Below, one piece after another: positions 9,046 to 18,434 of a DNA stretch of 32,000 nucleotides. The DNA is taken from positions 4,830,001 to 4,862,000 of the forward strand of contig NC_003272.1 in the NCBI RefSeq assembly GCF_000009705.1, in the 5' to 3' direction. The notes beneath the pieces were generated by a model. It was not told the DNA's origin and made no database searches. It was given only the letters and a program-made list of their open reading frames with translations. The position numbers were made by a program, and so were the translations under genes. The number at the start of each line of letters is the position of its first letter. The first letter of the stretch is position 1. This DNA comes from Nostoc sp. PCC 7120 = FACHB-418. Lineage in GTDB: Bacteria > Cyanobacteriota > Cyanobacteriia > Cyanobacteriales > Nostocaceae.

Positions 9046-10575
9046 CTACAGTCTGCGCCAGCGACGACCATCTTGGTTAATCAGAAATTCTGCTTCTGCT
9101 GGTTCCCAGGTTCCGGCTTCGTACTGGGGAATGGTGGCGGGGTCGGCGGGTGAGTCCCAAACAGAAAGGGCGGGGGTGACTACCTGCCAAGCTGCTTCTA
9201 CTTCGTCGGCTCTGGTGAATAATGTTTGGTCGCCCATCATACAATCTAAGAATAGGCGATCGTAAGCGTCGGAAGTAGCTTCAATCCCAAAGGAACCATA
9301 GCTGAAATCCATATCTACGGAACGGGTACGGAATTCGGCTCCTGGCATTTTCACATCAAAACGCAAGGAAATTCCTTCATTTGGCTGAATCCGCATAGCT
9401 AAAATGTTGGCGTTTCTTTGTTGCGCGGCAGATTGGAACATCCGAGAAGGCACATCGCGGAAGTGGATAGAAATCTCACTGACTTTCTTCGGCATCCGTT
9501 TGCCAGTACGCAGGTAGAAAGGAACACCTTGCCAACGCCAGTTGTCAACTAAAAACTTCATACCTACATAAGTAGGGGTGGAGGAATTTGGGTCAACTCC
9601 TGGTTCTGTCCGATACCCAGGAACTTGTTGACCTTTCATCCAACCAGCGCTGTATTGTCCGCGTATTGCTGAACGTGATAGGTTGTGTACGTCAGCCAGG
9701 CGAGTAGCTTGTAACACTTTGACTTTTTCTGTACGGATGCTATCGGCATCCATTGAGTTTGGTGCTTCCATTGCTGTCAGGCAATAAAGCTGCATCAGGT
9801 GGTTCTGCAACATATCCCGCAGTGCGCCGGCTTTTTCGTAATAACCAGCCCGGTCTTCCACGCCTACGGTTTCTGCCACGGTAATTTGTACGTGGTCAAC
9901 AAACTGACGATTCCACAGGGGTTCAAAAATGGCATTGGCGAAGCGGAATACCAGTAAGTTTTGAACTGTTTCTTTACCCAAGTAGTGGTCGATGCGGTAG
10001 ACTTGGTGTTCTTTACAATACTTCTGCACTACTGCGTTCAGGCTTTGGGCTGATGCCAAATCTCTACCAAATGGTTTTTCAATTACTAGACGATGTTTGT
10101 ATGGGTCGTCTAACATTCCTGCTCCCCCTAGTTGCTTGATAGCTTCAGGGAAGAAGTTAGGGGCGACGGAGAGGTAAAACATCCGGTTGCCCCGTGTACC
10201 TCGTTTCTCGTCTAATTCGCTTAACAAATTCTTCAGTTTTTGATAACTTTCCGGGTTATCTATGTCTCCAGGGCAGTAGAACAGACCTTGAGAGAAATCT
10301 TGCCACAGTTCTCCAAGTTCGACACTGCTATGAGCCTCTTCCATGCCCTTTTGCATTTGTTCGCGGAAGTATTCGTGGCTCCATTCCCGACGGGCTACAC
10401 CAACAATGGTAGTTTCTGGGGGAATGCGTCGTTCCCGCCGCAATTTGTAAAGTGCTGGGACGAGTTTGCGCCAGGTAAGATCACCAGAAGCGCCAAAGAT
10501 GACTATAATTTGGGGTTCGGGCATCCCTTGTTGTTGCAGACCAACGCGCAAGGGATTTTCTAGGAGACTAACCAT
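9046..10575 (-). CDS. zwf: Glucose-6-phosphate 1-dehydrogenase
   Basis: NADP site [18 protein letters not shown], active-site motif RIDHYLGKE, 509 aa. Confidence 0.95.
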   Translation of the reverse strand: MVSLLENPLRVGLQQQGMPEPQIIVIFGASGDLTWRKLVPALYKLRRERRIPPETTIVGVARREWSHEYFREQMQKGMEEAHSSVELGELWQDFSQGLFYCPGDIDNPESYQKLKNLLSELDEKRGTRGNRMFYLSVAPNFFPEAIKQLGGAGMLDDPYKHRLVIEKPFGRDLASAQSLNAVVQKYCKEHQVYRIDHYLGKETVQNLLVFRFANAIFEPLWNRQFVDHVQITVAETVGVEDRAGYYEKAGALRDMLQNHLMQLYCLTAMEAPNSMDADSIRTEKVKVLQATRLADVHNLSRSAIRGQYSAGWMKGQQVPGYRTEPGVDPNSSTPTYVGMKFLVDNWRWQGVPFYLRTGKRMPKKVSEISIHFRDVPSRMFQSAAQQRNANILAMRIQPNEGISLRFDVKMPGAEFRTRSVDMDFSYGSFGIEATSDAYDRLFLDCMMGDQTLFTRADEVEAAWQVVTPALSVWDSPADPATIPQYEAGTWEPAEAEFLINQDGRRWRRL

Positions 10576-10603
10576 AACAGTTTTGGGATTTTAGATGGAG
10601 GTT

Positions 10604-10719
10604 TGGGGAGTTGGGTACTGGGGATTGGGTACTGGGGATGGGGGATTGGGATCAGGTAAATGTTTTCTCCCCTGCTCCCTACTCCCTGCCCCCCTGCCTC
10701 TTCCTAATCCCCAGTCCCT
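10604..10719. repeat. Inverted STRR1 arrays in the tal-zwf spacer: ACTGGGG-type arm at 10604-10652, CCCCAGT/CTCCCT-type arm at 10668-10719
   Basis: gggtactggggatt (10613-10626, repeated at 10627) is near-complementary to aatccccagtccc (10706-10718). Confidence 0.8.
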
Positions 10720-11863
10720 ATACTGGTGACAATAGCTTGACTTTGCCCTCTAAAGAGTTCATAAGGGACTGGAAGGGCTGGACAAATTTGTTAATGCCTT
10801 CGATTAACAATTCGTCCATCACGGCATTGATATCGATGTTGATGTCTGGGTCTTTGAGGCTTTCGATCAATTGGTAGGCTTCTGCAACTCCTGTTTCTAC
10901 ACGGTTAGCGACTTCGCAATGGTCGGCACAAGCGGTAATTGTTGCTGGTGGTAAGGTGTTGACGGTATCGGGGCCAATTAACTCATCAACATACATGACA
11001 TCGCTGTAGTTGGGGTCTTTGGTGCTGGTACTAGCCCATAATAATCTTTGCACTTTTGCCCCTTTAGCTGCTAGTGCTTGCCATTGATCGCTCTCAATAA
11101 TTTTTTTGTATTCTTGATAAGCAATCTTGGCATTGGCGATCGCTACTTTACCTTTTACAACCATCAGTTTTGCTTCTAAACTAATATCATCAACGCCACG
11201 GGCTAGTTTGGCATCAATTTTCCCGTCAATGTTGATATCAATCCGACTGAGGAAGAAACTAGCAACAGAAGCAATTTGGCTGATATCCTTACCCTCAGCT
11301 AGGCGTTTTTCTAAACCCCGAATATATGCCCAAATTGTGTTGATGTAGCTTTGAACAGAGAATAGCAGGGTAACGTTAACGTTAATGCCCTCAGCTATTA
11401 CCTGTTCTACAGCTGGCAACCCGGCTTCAGTACCGGGGATTTTAATCATCACATTTTCCCGCCCAATTTCTTGATAATAGCGGCGGGCTTCGTTAATTGT
11501 CGCTTGTGTATCATGGGCGATGGTTGGTGGGACTTCGATACTCACATAACCATCTAATTTATTCGAGGCTTCATATACAGGGCGCAAGATATCACAGGCA
11601 TTACGGATATCTGCAAAAATTAGGGATTCATAAATTTTGTATGTGGGTAATCCCGCACGCACACCAGCTTCGATATCAGCATCATAAATGACATTATTGG
11701 CGATCGCCTTTTCAAAAATCGCCGGATTGGAAGTAATCCCACAAATCCCTTGATTTTCAACTAGATTTTTGAGTTCACCCGACTGAATAATGTCACGGCT
11801 CAAATTATCCATCCAGATACTTTGACCGTATTCTTTAATCTCCAATAAATGATTGATGGCCAT
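10718..11863 (-). CDS. tal: Transaldolase (long cyanobacterial type)
   Basis: Motifs GITSNPAIF and NVTLLFS. Start placed at the ATG at 11863 (MAINHLLEIKEYGQSIWMDNLSRD). The track ORF begins 6 codons earlier, at the GTG at 11881. Confidence 0.9.
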   Translation of the reverse strand: MAINHLLEIKEYGQSIWMDNLSRDIIQSGELKNLVENQGICGITSNPAIFEKAIANNVIYDADIEAGVRAGLPTYKIYESLIFADIRNACDILRPVYEASNKLDGYVSIEVPPTIAHDTQATINEARRYYQEIGRENVMIKIPGTEAGLPAVEQVIAEGINVNVTLLFSVQSYINTIWAYIRGLEKRLAEGKDISQIASVASFFLSRIDINIDGKIDAKLARGVDDISLEAKLMVVKGKVAIANAKIAYQEYKKIIESDQWQALAAKGAKVQRLLWASTSTKDPNYSDVMYVDELIGPDTVNTLPPATITACADHCEVANRVETGVAEAYQLIESLKDPDINIDINAVMDELLIEGINKFVQPFQSLMNSLEGKVKLLSPV

Positions 11864-12082
11864 AGCTACAGTTTGTTTCACCCCGTAAAAGATGTTTTAA
11901 GTGACTTCGACAAAACACACCAAAGTATTGATGGTTACTTTTGCATTTTTGCTTTGTCTATCACTTATTACATCGGCCAGCTGAGATAATCTCTCACATT
12001 TAGCTGAGAAAGTGCTGAGTAGTAAGTGCTGAGTAGGGCGTTAGGAATTATTATTTCTTATTCTCCCCCTGCCTCCTGCCTG

Positions 12083-13132
12083 TTAATGACCATTCTGAAT
12101 AAATGATTCAACCTTGGCTACGTCCTCTTTACTACCAATAATCAGAGGTGTACGTTGGTGTAGTTTTTTCGGTACAACATCTAAGATATCTACTAATCCC
12201 GTAGTTGCCCGACCACCAGCTTGTTGAATTAAAAAGGCTAAAGGAGCAGATTCATACAACAACCGTAATTTACCTTCAGGGTTTTGAATCGTCCCTGGGT
12301 AGAGAAACACACCACCTTGTACCAAAATTCTATGGATATCGCTCACCATTGCACCACTGTAACGAGCTGTGTAACCTTCTGTACGGTGAACATAGCGGAT
12401 ATATTCCCGCATTGATTCTTCCCATTGCCAGAAGTTACCTTCATTAACGCTGTAAACTGCGCCGTGGTCGGGAATGCGGATATTTTCTTCGCTGAGGATG
12501 AATTCTCCTAAGCTGGGATCAAGGGTAAATGAGTGAACTCCCGTACCCATTGTATAAACTAGCATCGTGCTAGGCCCATATAAAATGTAACCCGCCGCAA
12601 TCTGCTTGCGTCCGTTGGTGAGGAGGTCTTTAGCTTGGCCATCACTATCATCACCTTCCTGTTGACGGATAGAGAAAATGGAACCCAAACTGAGATTTGT
12701 ATCTGTGTTTGAGGAACCGTCTATTGGGTCATACAGTAAGGTGTAACGACCTATGGGGCAATTTTCGGGAATGTAATATGGTTCATCCATTTCCTCAGAT
12801 GCAAGACGACAAACTAAGCCGCTTTGCTTAAACACTGAGATAAACACGTCATTGGCATAGACATCCATCTTTTTGACGGATTCACCTTGTACATTTACCT
12901 CCCCAGTAAATCCGAGAACCCCTTCCATTAAACCAGCGCGGCTAAGGCGACGGGCAACTAATTTACCTGCTAAAGCAATCCGATTCATTAATGCACTCAA
13001 ATCTTGTGCATCTGCGGAAAAACTTTGGAGTTGTTGGAGGACGTGACGGGATAAGGTTGTACAATCGCGGTCTAGAGCTTTATCTGTAGACTCGTTGACA
13101 GACAAATCCAAGGATTCTGAGGCTTTAGCCAT
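12083..13132 (-). CDS. fbp: Fructose-1,6-bisphosphatase, class 1
   Basis: YDPIDGSSN metal-binding motif, GKLRLLYE motif, 349 aa. First gene of the fbp-tal-zwf-opcA array. Confidence 0.9.
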
Positions 13133-13621
13133 GTTATGTACTTCCTAGCGACTGCTGTTAGTTGGATCAAGTTTGCGTGGCAACACATAGTTGCTGCCTC
13201 TATCTTAGAAAGGTAATTTGATAACCTAGATGTGATTTTAGATAAACTAAAGAAATCGAGAGTTTACGCTTGCTATGGTGAGGAGAGTTGCGGCAGATAG
13301 AAGCATAGGGTTGAGTAAGTGTACTTAGTATTTTGTGTTATCTACTCGATTGGCATATTAAGTACGACTATTAACATCTTGCACCAATATGATGACGACT
13401 TTTGTAGGGTGAGCATCAATCACTTTTAATTGAAAGGTTCATTTTCGCATTGACTGTTGACTAAACCTCCTTGGAGATAAATTTTAAAGGTATTGGTCTT
13501 CTCCTGATAATTATAGATTCCGTCCACAGAGTGCGGTACTTATACCAATTACATAAGTAACGCGATGTACGATTTATTCTTAGAACCCTTCTCCATTAGA
13601 TGCGGAGCGTTTAAGGTAAAG

Positions 13622-13674
13622 AAAATCCGGCTAGTAGAATAATTTTTTGGGAAATCTCCACTAGTCGGATTTAT
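13622..13674 (-). terminator. Candidate intrinsic terminator for the RNA-binding-protein gene
   Basis: Arms aaaatccggctagt and actagtcggattt give a 12-13 bp stem with one mismatch. On the minus-strand transcript the stem is followed by UUUUCUUU. The loop is large (~24 nt), so confidence is moderate. Confidence 0.4.
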
Positions 13675-13777
13675 TATGGAATTTTTATTGCATTGTCCGA
13701 GATATTTCTAGCAAATATCGGCCTTATGTGTCTTGATAAGTAGGATAAAATTTGCTAGTGTAGGGAGCCATTTTTGA

Positions 13778-14062
13778 TTAATAATCTTGTTTTTTACCCC
13801 AACTACCTCGTCGGTCATCTTCTCGCGGTTTAGCTTTATTGACTCTCAGCTGACGACCCATCCATTCTGCACCATCTAATTCGGTAATAGCTGCATCTTC
13901 TTGGGCATCTTCATTCATTTCAACAAAGGCAAAACCACGCATCCGACCGGTTTCACGGTCTGTAGGTAATACGACTCTTTTGACCTCACCGTAGTCTGCA
14001 AATACGGCTTTTAAGTCTGCTTCGGTGGCGCGGTATGAGAGATTTCCAACGTAGATAGTCAT
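13778..14062 (-). CDS. RRM-type RNA-binding protein (cyanobacterial Rbp, class lacking the Gly-rich tail)
   Basis: RNP2 IYVGNL and RNP1 RGFAFVEM, 94 aa, short basic/acidic C-terminus. Confidence 0.9.
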   Translation of the reverse strand: MTIYVGNLSYRATEADLKAVFADYGEVKRVVLPTDRETGRMRGFAFVEMNEDAQEDAAITELDGAEWMGRQLRVNKAKPREDDRRGSWGKKQDY

Positions 14063-14340
14063 GTGGGATCACGTAATTCTTAACAAAGAGCGGCTAGTTC
14101 AGCTTTAAAAAAGTTCTAAGCAAATATTGCATAGTCTTCTTTAGTTGCAGACGGCAAATGTTGTAGTGCAGCAATTATGGTTGCTGGCATTCACTCCAAC
14201 TAAACTTACGCTGCGACTGAACTGAGGCATACGCTCATATAATAACTGATCATGATAATTTTCAAAGTGAGAGATTTTACAATATCTCGCAAATAAAATT
14301 AGCAAGTCTTATATGTTTGATTAACAGCAAACAAGCAGCG

Positions 14341-14450
14341 GAAAACCTCGTTTGTAAGGATGCAGTGGTGTAAGGGTTTCAAACATTTATACCTCTACAT
14401 CCCTATACCCTTCTCCAAACCCTTGATCTTGCGTTTTCACGCGTAAGTCC
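14341..14450 (-). mobile_element. MITE-like dispersed repeat, copy 1 (left end possibly degenerate)
   Basis: The reverse complement matches the element at 30037-30169, including an identical 27-mer (14401-14427 vs 30060-30086). It ends in GCGTAAGTCC, which corresponds to the GGACTTACGC terminus of copy 2. Confidence 0.7.
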
Positions 14451-14454
14451 TAAC

Positions 14455-15468
14455 TTATTCCCCATAATGTGTACCTATGACTTTCCCGCGAAACACAATG
14501 TAATTGTAGATGTTGTAGAACAACATAATGGGAATCAGAAATCCAATGAAGATAATCATGAACACTAACGCACTAGGTGCTGCGGCTGCTTGATAAATGG
14601 TGATACCTGGGGGGATGATATAGGGAAAAACAACTAATCCCAAGCCCACAAAGGTAAGTAGAAAAAGCAGCACTGTCCAAACCAGGGGAGTAGTTTCTGC
14701 TTTGCGGTTCAGGCTTTGAATCAATAAGCCAATTAGCAGCACACCTAGCACGGGAATAAGTGAAAATAGATACACTTCTGGTTGGTGAAATAACTTTGCC
14801 CTGGCATTTTCATACACAACAGGGGTGGCGATGGTGATTAAGATTGCACCGATAAGAGTTGTCCAAGCAGCGATTTTTGCTGTGCGGTAGTGGGATGTTT
14901 GCAGTTCTCCCTCAGTTTTTAAGATGAGATAGGTGGAGCCAATCAACACATAACCTTGAATTAATGTCAAGGCAACTAAGAGCGATCGCCAATCGAGCCA
15001 GTCCCACATACTACCGATAAAGTGACCCGATTCATCCACCTTAATGCCTTCTAAAATGCTGCCCAAGGCAAATCCTTGAAACAGCGCCGCCATGAAACTT
15101 CCAACTCCAAAGGCGACGTTCCAAAATACTTTGTTTGTCGAATGCTCCCGAAATTCAAAGGCCACAGCCCGAAAAATCAAGCCAAATATCATGCCAAAAA
15201 TGGGAATGTAGAGCGCATTCAAAATGGTGCCATAAGCCAGAGGAAATGCCCCAAATAATGCACCTCCCATCAACACCAGCCAGGTTTCATTGGCATCCCA
15301 AATATTACCCAAACTCGTCATTAAAATGTCCCGTCGCTCCTCATTGGAACTGGTTAGGGACAGGATACCTACGCCTAGATCAAACCCGTCTAACATAACG
15401 TAGAGAAACAAAAACAGAGCCAAGATAATAAACCATACCTGGGCTAAAAAGTGTTCTAAATTCTCCAT
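14455..15468 (-). CDS. cydB: Cytochrome bd quinol oxidase subunit II
   Basis: Polytopic protein immediately downstream of cydA with the typical N-terminus (FLAQVWFIILALFLFLYVMLDGFDLG). Start placed at the ATG at 15468. The track ORF starts 9 codons upstream. Confidence 0.9.
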   Translation of the reverse strand: MENLEHFLAQVWFIILALFLFLYVMLDGFDLGVGILSLTSSNEERRDILMTSLGNIWDANETWLVLMGGALFGAFPLAYGTILNALYIPIFGMIFGLIFRAVAFEFREHSTNKVFWNVAFGVGSFMAALFQGFALGSILEGIKVDESGHFIGSMWDWLDWRSLLVALTLIQGYVLIGSTYLILKTEGELQTSHYRTAKIAAWTTLIGAILITIATPVVYENARAKLFHQPEVYLFSLIPVLGVLLIGLLIQSLNRKAETTPLVWTVLLFLLTFVGLGLVVFPYIIPPGITIYQAAAAPSALVFMIIFIGFLIPIMLFYNIYNYIVFRGKVIGTHYGE

Positions 15469-15555
15469 ACAATTACCTATTGATTTACCATACACAGCAC
15501 TCTTTATTGCAAATTGCGTTGGCGTTAGCCTTGCCGCAGGCTATTGCGAATTGAT

Positions 15556-17001
15556 TTACTGCTGTGCTTCCACAGGACGTTGATCTGGAACAAATTCAGC
15601 CGGAGTCGTTTCTACGCCTGGTTGGGTGTCAATACCTGGAACGGGAAGCTCTAGGTTGGGGCCTTGACGAATAATCCGACTACCAAAGAATAAGGCACAA
15701 ATAAACAGGGCTGTATAAATTCCTGCAAAAATTAGCAAGGATGTTAAAACCTCAGTCGCCGGTAGGTGGGAAACGCCATCTGCTGTGCGAATTTTCCCAT
15801 AAACTACCCAAGGTTGTCGCCCAACACAGCGCACAATCCAGCCTGATTCCACGGCAATGTAGCCCAATGGAGCCGCTAAAATCCAAATTCGCAGTAGCCA
15901 TTTTTGCTGGGCGATCGCTTCTGGTGAAAGTTTACCCCGCAACCATTGAATCACACTGATACCCATCAAGCCAGCCAAGAAAAAGCCGATACCACTCATG
16001 ATGCGGAAGGAATAATAAATCAAACCCACCATCCGGGGGCGATCTTCAGGTTTCCACTCTTTCAGTCCCAGAACGGGTTTAGACAGATTTTTTTTGAATT
16101 CCAAAATGTAGCCTAAGCCGTTGGGAATTGAGATTTCCCAGTCATTTTGCTCAGTCTGATTATTGGGTAATGCAACTACACTCCAGGGCGCAGGTTCTCC
16201 GGCTGGAGAGGTTTCCCACTTGGCTTCCATTGCTGCTAGTTTGGTAGGCTGATAGTCAGCTACCTGTTCAGCGCTGAGGTGTCCGACATAGATTTGTAAT
16301 GGGGTGACAGCGATCGCTGTTGCTAGGGCAATTTTGAGCGATCGCGCAAAGAAAGCTTGATGGCGGTTGTTGAGAATATACCAGGCGCTAATTCCCCCAA
16401 TCACAAACAAAGAAGTTTCCAGCGTCCCTAAAAACATATGGGAGACACTGTTGACCATGAAGGGGTTTAAAATTGCCTGAAAGTAATCATCAACAACAAA
16501 TTTCCCGTTCACTATTTCCCCGCCGGCTGGGGTCTGCAACCAAGAGTTTGCCGCTAAAATCCAGAAGGTAGATAGGTTTGCACCAAAGGCAACCATAATC
16601 GTGGCAAAATAGTGAATCACTGGGTTTACTCTTTCCCAGCCAAACAGCATAATACCCAGAAATCCGGCTTCTAGCATGAATGCCATCGAAGCCTCAAAGC
16701 CTAAAATGCTGCCAAAAAAGTCGCCTACTGCTTCGGAAAACGGGGCCCAGTTCGTACCAAATTGAAACTCCATTGGTAAGCCAGATGCTACACCAATCCC
16801 GAAATTCAACACATATAGCTTGGCCCAGAAACGAGCATGGTGGTAGTAATCAGGATTGCGTGTTTTTAGCCACATTCCTTCGACAATGACCAGATAAATT
16901 CCCATCCCCGTGGTGAGAACAGGCCATAGCATATGAAAAATCGCCGTCAGTGCAAACTGCATCCGCGATAGAGCAACGGTGTCCGATATAAAATCCATCA
17001 A
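15556..17001 (-). CDS. cydA: Cytochrome bd quinol oxidase subunit I
   Basis: LSRMQFALTAIFHMLWP N-terminus, GRQPWVVYG motif, 481 aa. Confidence 0.95.
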   Translation of the reverse strand: MMDFISDTVALSRMQFALTAIFHMLWPVLTTGMGIYLVIVEGMWLKTRNPDYYHHARFWAKLYVLNFGIGVASGLPMEFQFGTNWAPFSEAVGDFFGSILGFEASMAFMLEAGFLGIMLFGWERVNPVIHYFATIMVAFGANLSTFWILAANSWLQTPAGGEIVNGKFVVDDYFQAILNPFMVNSVSHMFLGTLETSLFVIGGISAWYILNNRHQAFFARSLKIALATAIAVTPLQIYVGHLSAEQVADYQPTKLAAMEAKWETSPAGEPAPWSVVALPNNQTEQNDWEISIPNGLGYILEFKKNLSKPVLGLKEWKPEDRPRMVGLIYYSFRIMSGIGFFLAGLMGISVIQWLRGKLSPEAIAQQKWLLRIWILAAPLGYIAVESGWIVRCVGRQPWVVYGKIRTADGVSHLPATEVLTSLLIFAGIYTALFICALFFGSRIIRQGPNLELPVPGIDTQPGVETTPAEFVPDQRPVEAQQ

Positions 17002-17177
17002 CTAACCTCTGAATTTGTTTAAATCTTGACTGGCGTAGCATCTTGGGGTCATAGTCGCATGGTAACGGAACATTTCTCAGTAAACCGAAAAGTTTTTCCC
17101 AAAGAGCGATCGCTAATTTACTGTATTAAAAGGATTAGGTGAGTATTTGAGTTATTTTTGACAATAATTAGACAATA

Positions 17178-18368
17178 TCAAGAACTAACTCCATATTCCT
17201 GCGTAATCAAAAAGACACTCAATAAACTTACTGCTGCACTCATTATAAATATAAAACTGTAACCCATTGTAGTTGCCAACATTCCACTCAAAACTGTGGC
17301 AGCAATCCCACCTAAAAACATCACAGAAACTTGCATTGTGTAATCAGTAGCGGCTGTATTTTTTTCGCATTTATCCATCATGGCACTGAGTAAAGCAGTA
17401 TATGCCATACTTTGGGTTGCATTAACTATAATACAAACTGTATAAAGTACAAGCAAACTACTCACACCAATTGCCGGAATAATATATAAAAGTGTGGTCA
17501 GGTCTGCTATGAAGCCAAATATAATTAGAGACTTTATTCTTCCTAATTTGACAATTACTAATCCCGCAATCAAGGCGCTAACAATACGGGCGCTATAGCT
17601 AACTATTCCTAAAATCCAACCAATATCTGGTAAAGACAAACCCCTATCTACCAAGAGTGGGCGAATCATCAGACTTGTTACACTATCACCCATCATATAT
17701 AGCAGTACAACAAAAAGCCAAGGTAATGCTTTTGGACGTGATAAAAAGCTGATAAATGGTTGAAAGTATGATCGAAAAAAGGTTGAATTTTCTAGTTGAT
17801 GCTGACTTTTTTCTCTATAAATTAATATGGGAACTAAATTTATCAGCATAAATATCGACAGAGTAATTAAACTATATCGCCAGCCAATTTTATCTAAGAG
17901 AATGAGCATTACACCACCACCAATAATTGCGCCGAAAATATTGCCTCCAGATTGAATTGCATTACCTAATCCCCGTTCTTGAGGTTCGAGTAAATTGACT
18001 GCCAACGCATCAGTAGCAATATCTTGACTGGATGAAAATAAAGATGCTAAAAACATACAAGTTAGGAAGGCGTTTAAGTTATCTTGAATGTCAATAAAAG
18101 CCGTTACTAACATGGTTGAAATCAACAATAACTGAAAGCAAATAATCCAACCGCGATAATGCCCTAGTTTGCCTAAACGGTAGCGGTCAATGAATGGAGA
18201 CCAAAGAAATTTTAATCCTGATGGTAGAATTAATAAACCTAGAAATCCAATCACATCCAGGGACATTTTTTGTTGTCGCATGAAAACGGGTAATGCTTGA
18301 ATAAAGAATGTCGTCGGGATAAACTGAGAAATATAAAGTGTGGCGAGTAAAATCAATTTAGGAAGCAT
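17178..18368 (-). CDS. schE: MFS transporter (AmpG-like fold); likely orthologue of the schizokinen exporter SchE described in Anabaena PCC 7120
   Basis: 396 aa, about 12 TM segments, 66 nt downstream of the TonB-dependent transporter gene. The SchE name rests on remembered synteny (iacT-schE-cydAB). Confidence 0.65.
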   Translation of the reverse strand: MLPKLILLATLYISQFIPTTFFIQALPVFMRQQKMSLDVIGFLGLLILPSGLKFLWSPFIDRYRLGKLGHYRGWIICFQLLLISTMLVTAFIDIQDNLNAFLTCMFLASLFSSSQDIATDALAVNLLEPQERGLGNAIQSGGNIFGAIIGGGVMLILLDKIGWRYSLITLSIFMLINLVPILIYREKSQHQLENSTFFRSYFQPFISFLSRPKALPWLFVVLLYMMGDSVTSLMIRPLLVDRGLSLPDIGWILGIVSYSARIVSALIAGLVIVKLGRIKSLIIFGFIADLTTLLYIIPAIGVSSLLVLYTVCIIVNATQSMAYTALLSAMMDKCEKNTAATDYTMQVSVMFLGGIAATVLSGMLATTMGYSFIFIMSAAVSLLSVFLITQEYGVSS

Positions 18369-18434
18369 AGTAGCACTTGGGAAAGGGCAAAATGGCGACA
18401 GAGATAATGTTTGCTATCGCCTCCAAAATCAAGA

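Noticed and set aside
10194-12447. Track ORFs 10194-10412, 10240-10563, 10611-10877, 11127-11348, 11497-11691 and 12205-12447 (all +)
   Set aside because: They are antisense to zwf, tal or fbp, or they translate the STRR spacer (10611-10877). None has coding signatures.
13557-13570. GTA-N8-TAC (NtcA-type) palindrome upstream of the opc operon
   Set aside because: About eight such hits are expected by chance in 32 kb. I found no properly spaced -10 box (TAN3T about 22 nt downstream) in either direction.
15076-17041. Track ORFs 15076-15258, 15135-15398, 15741-15959 and 16680-16889 (+) and 16850-17041 (-)
   Set aside because: They overlap cydA/cydB, either on the opposite strand or out of frame, and are shadow ORFs.
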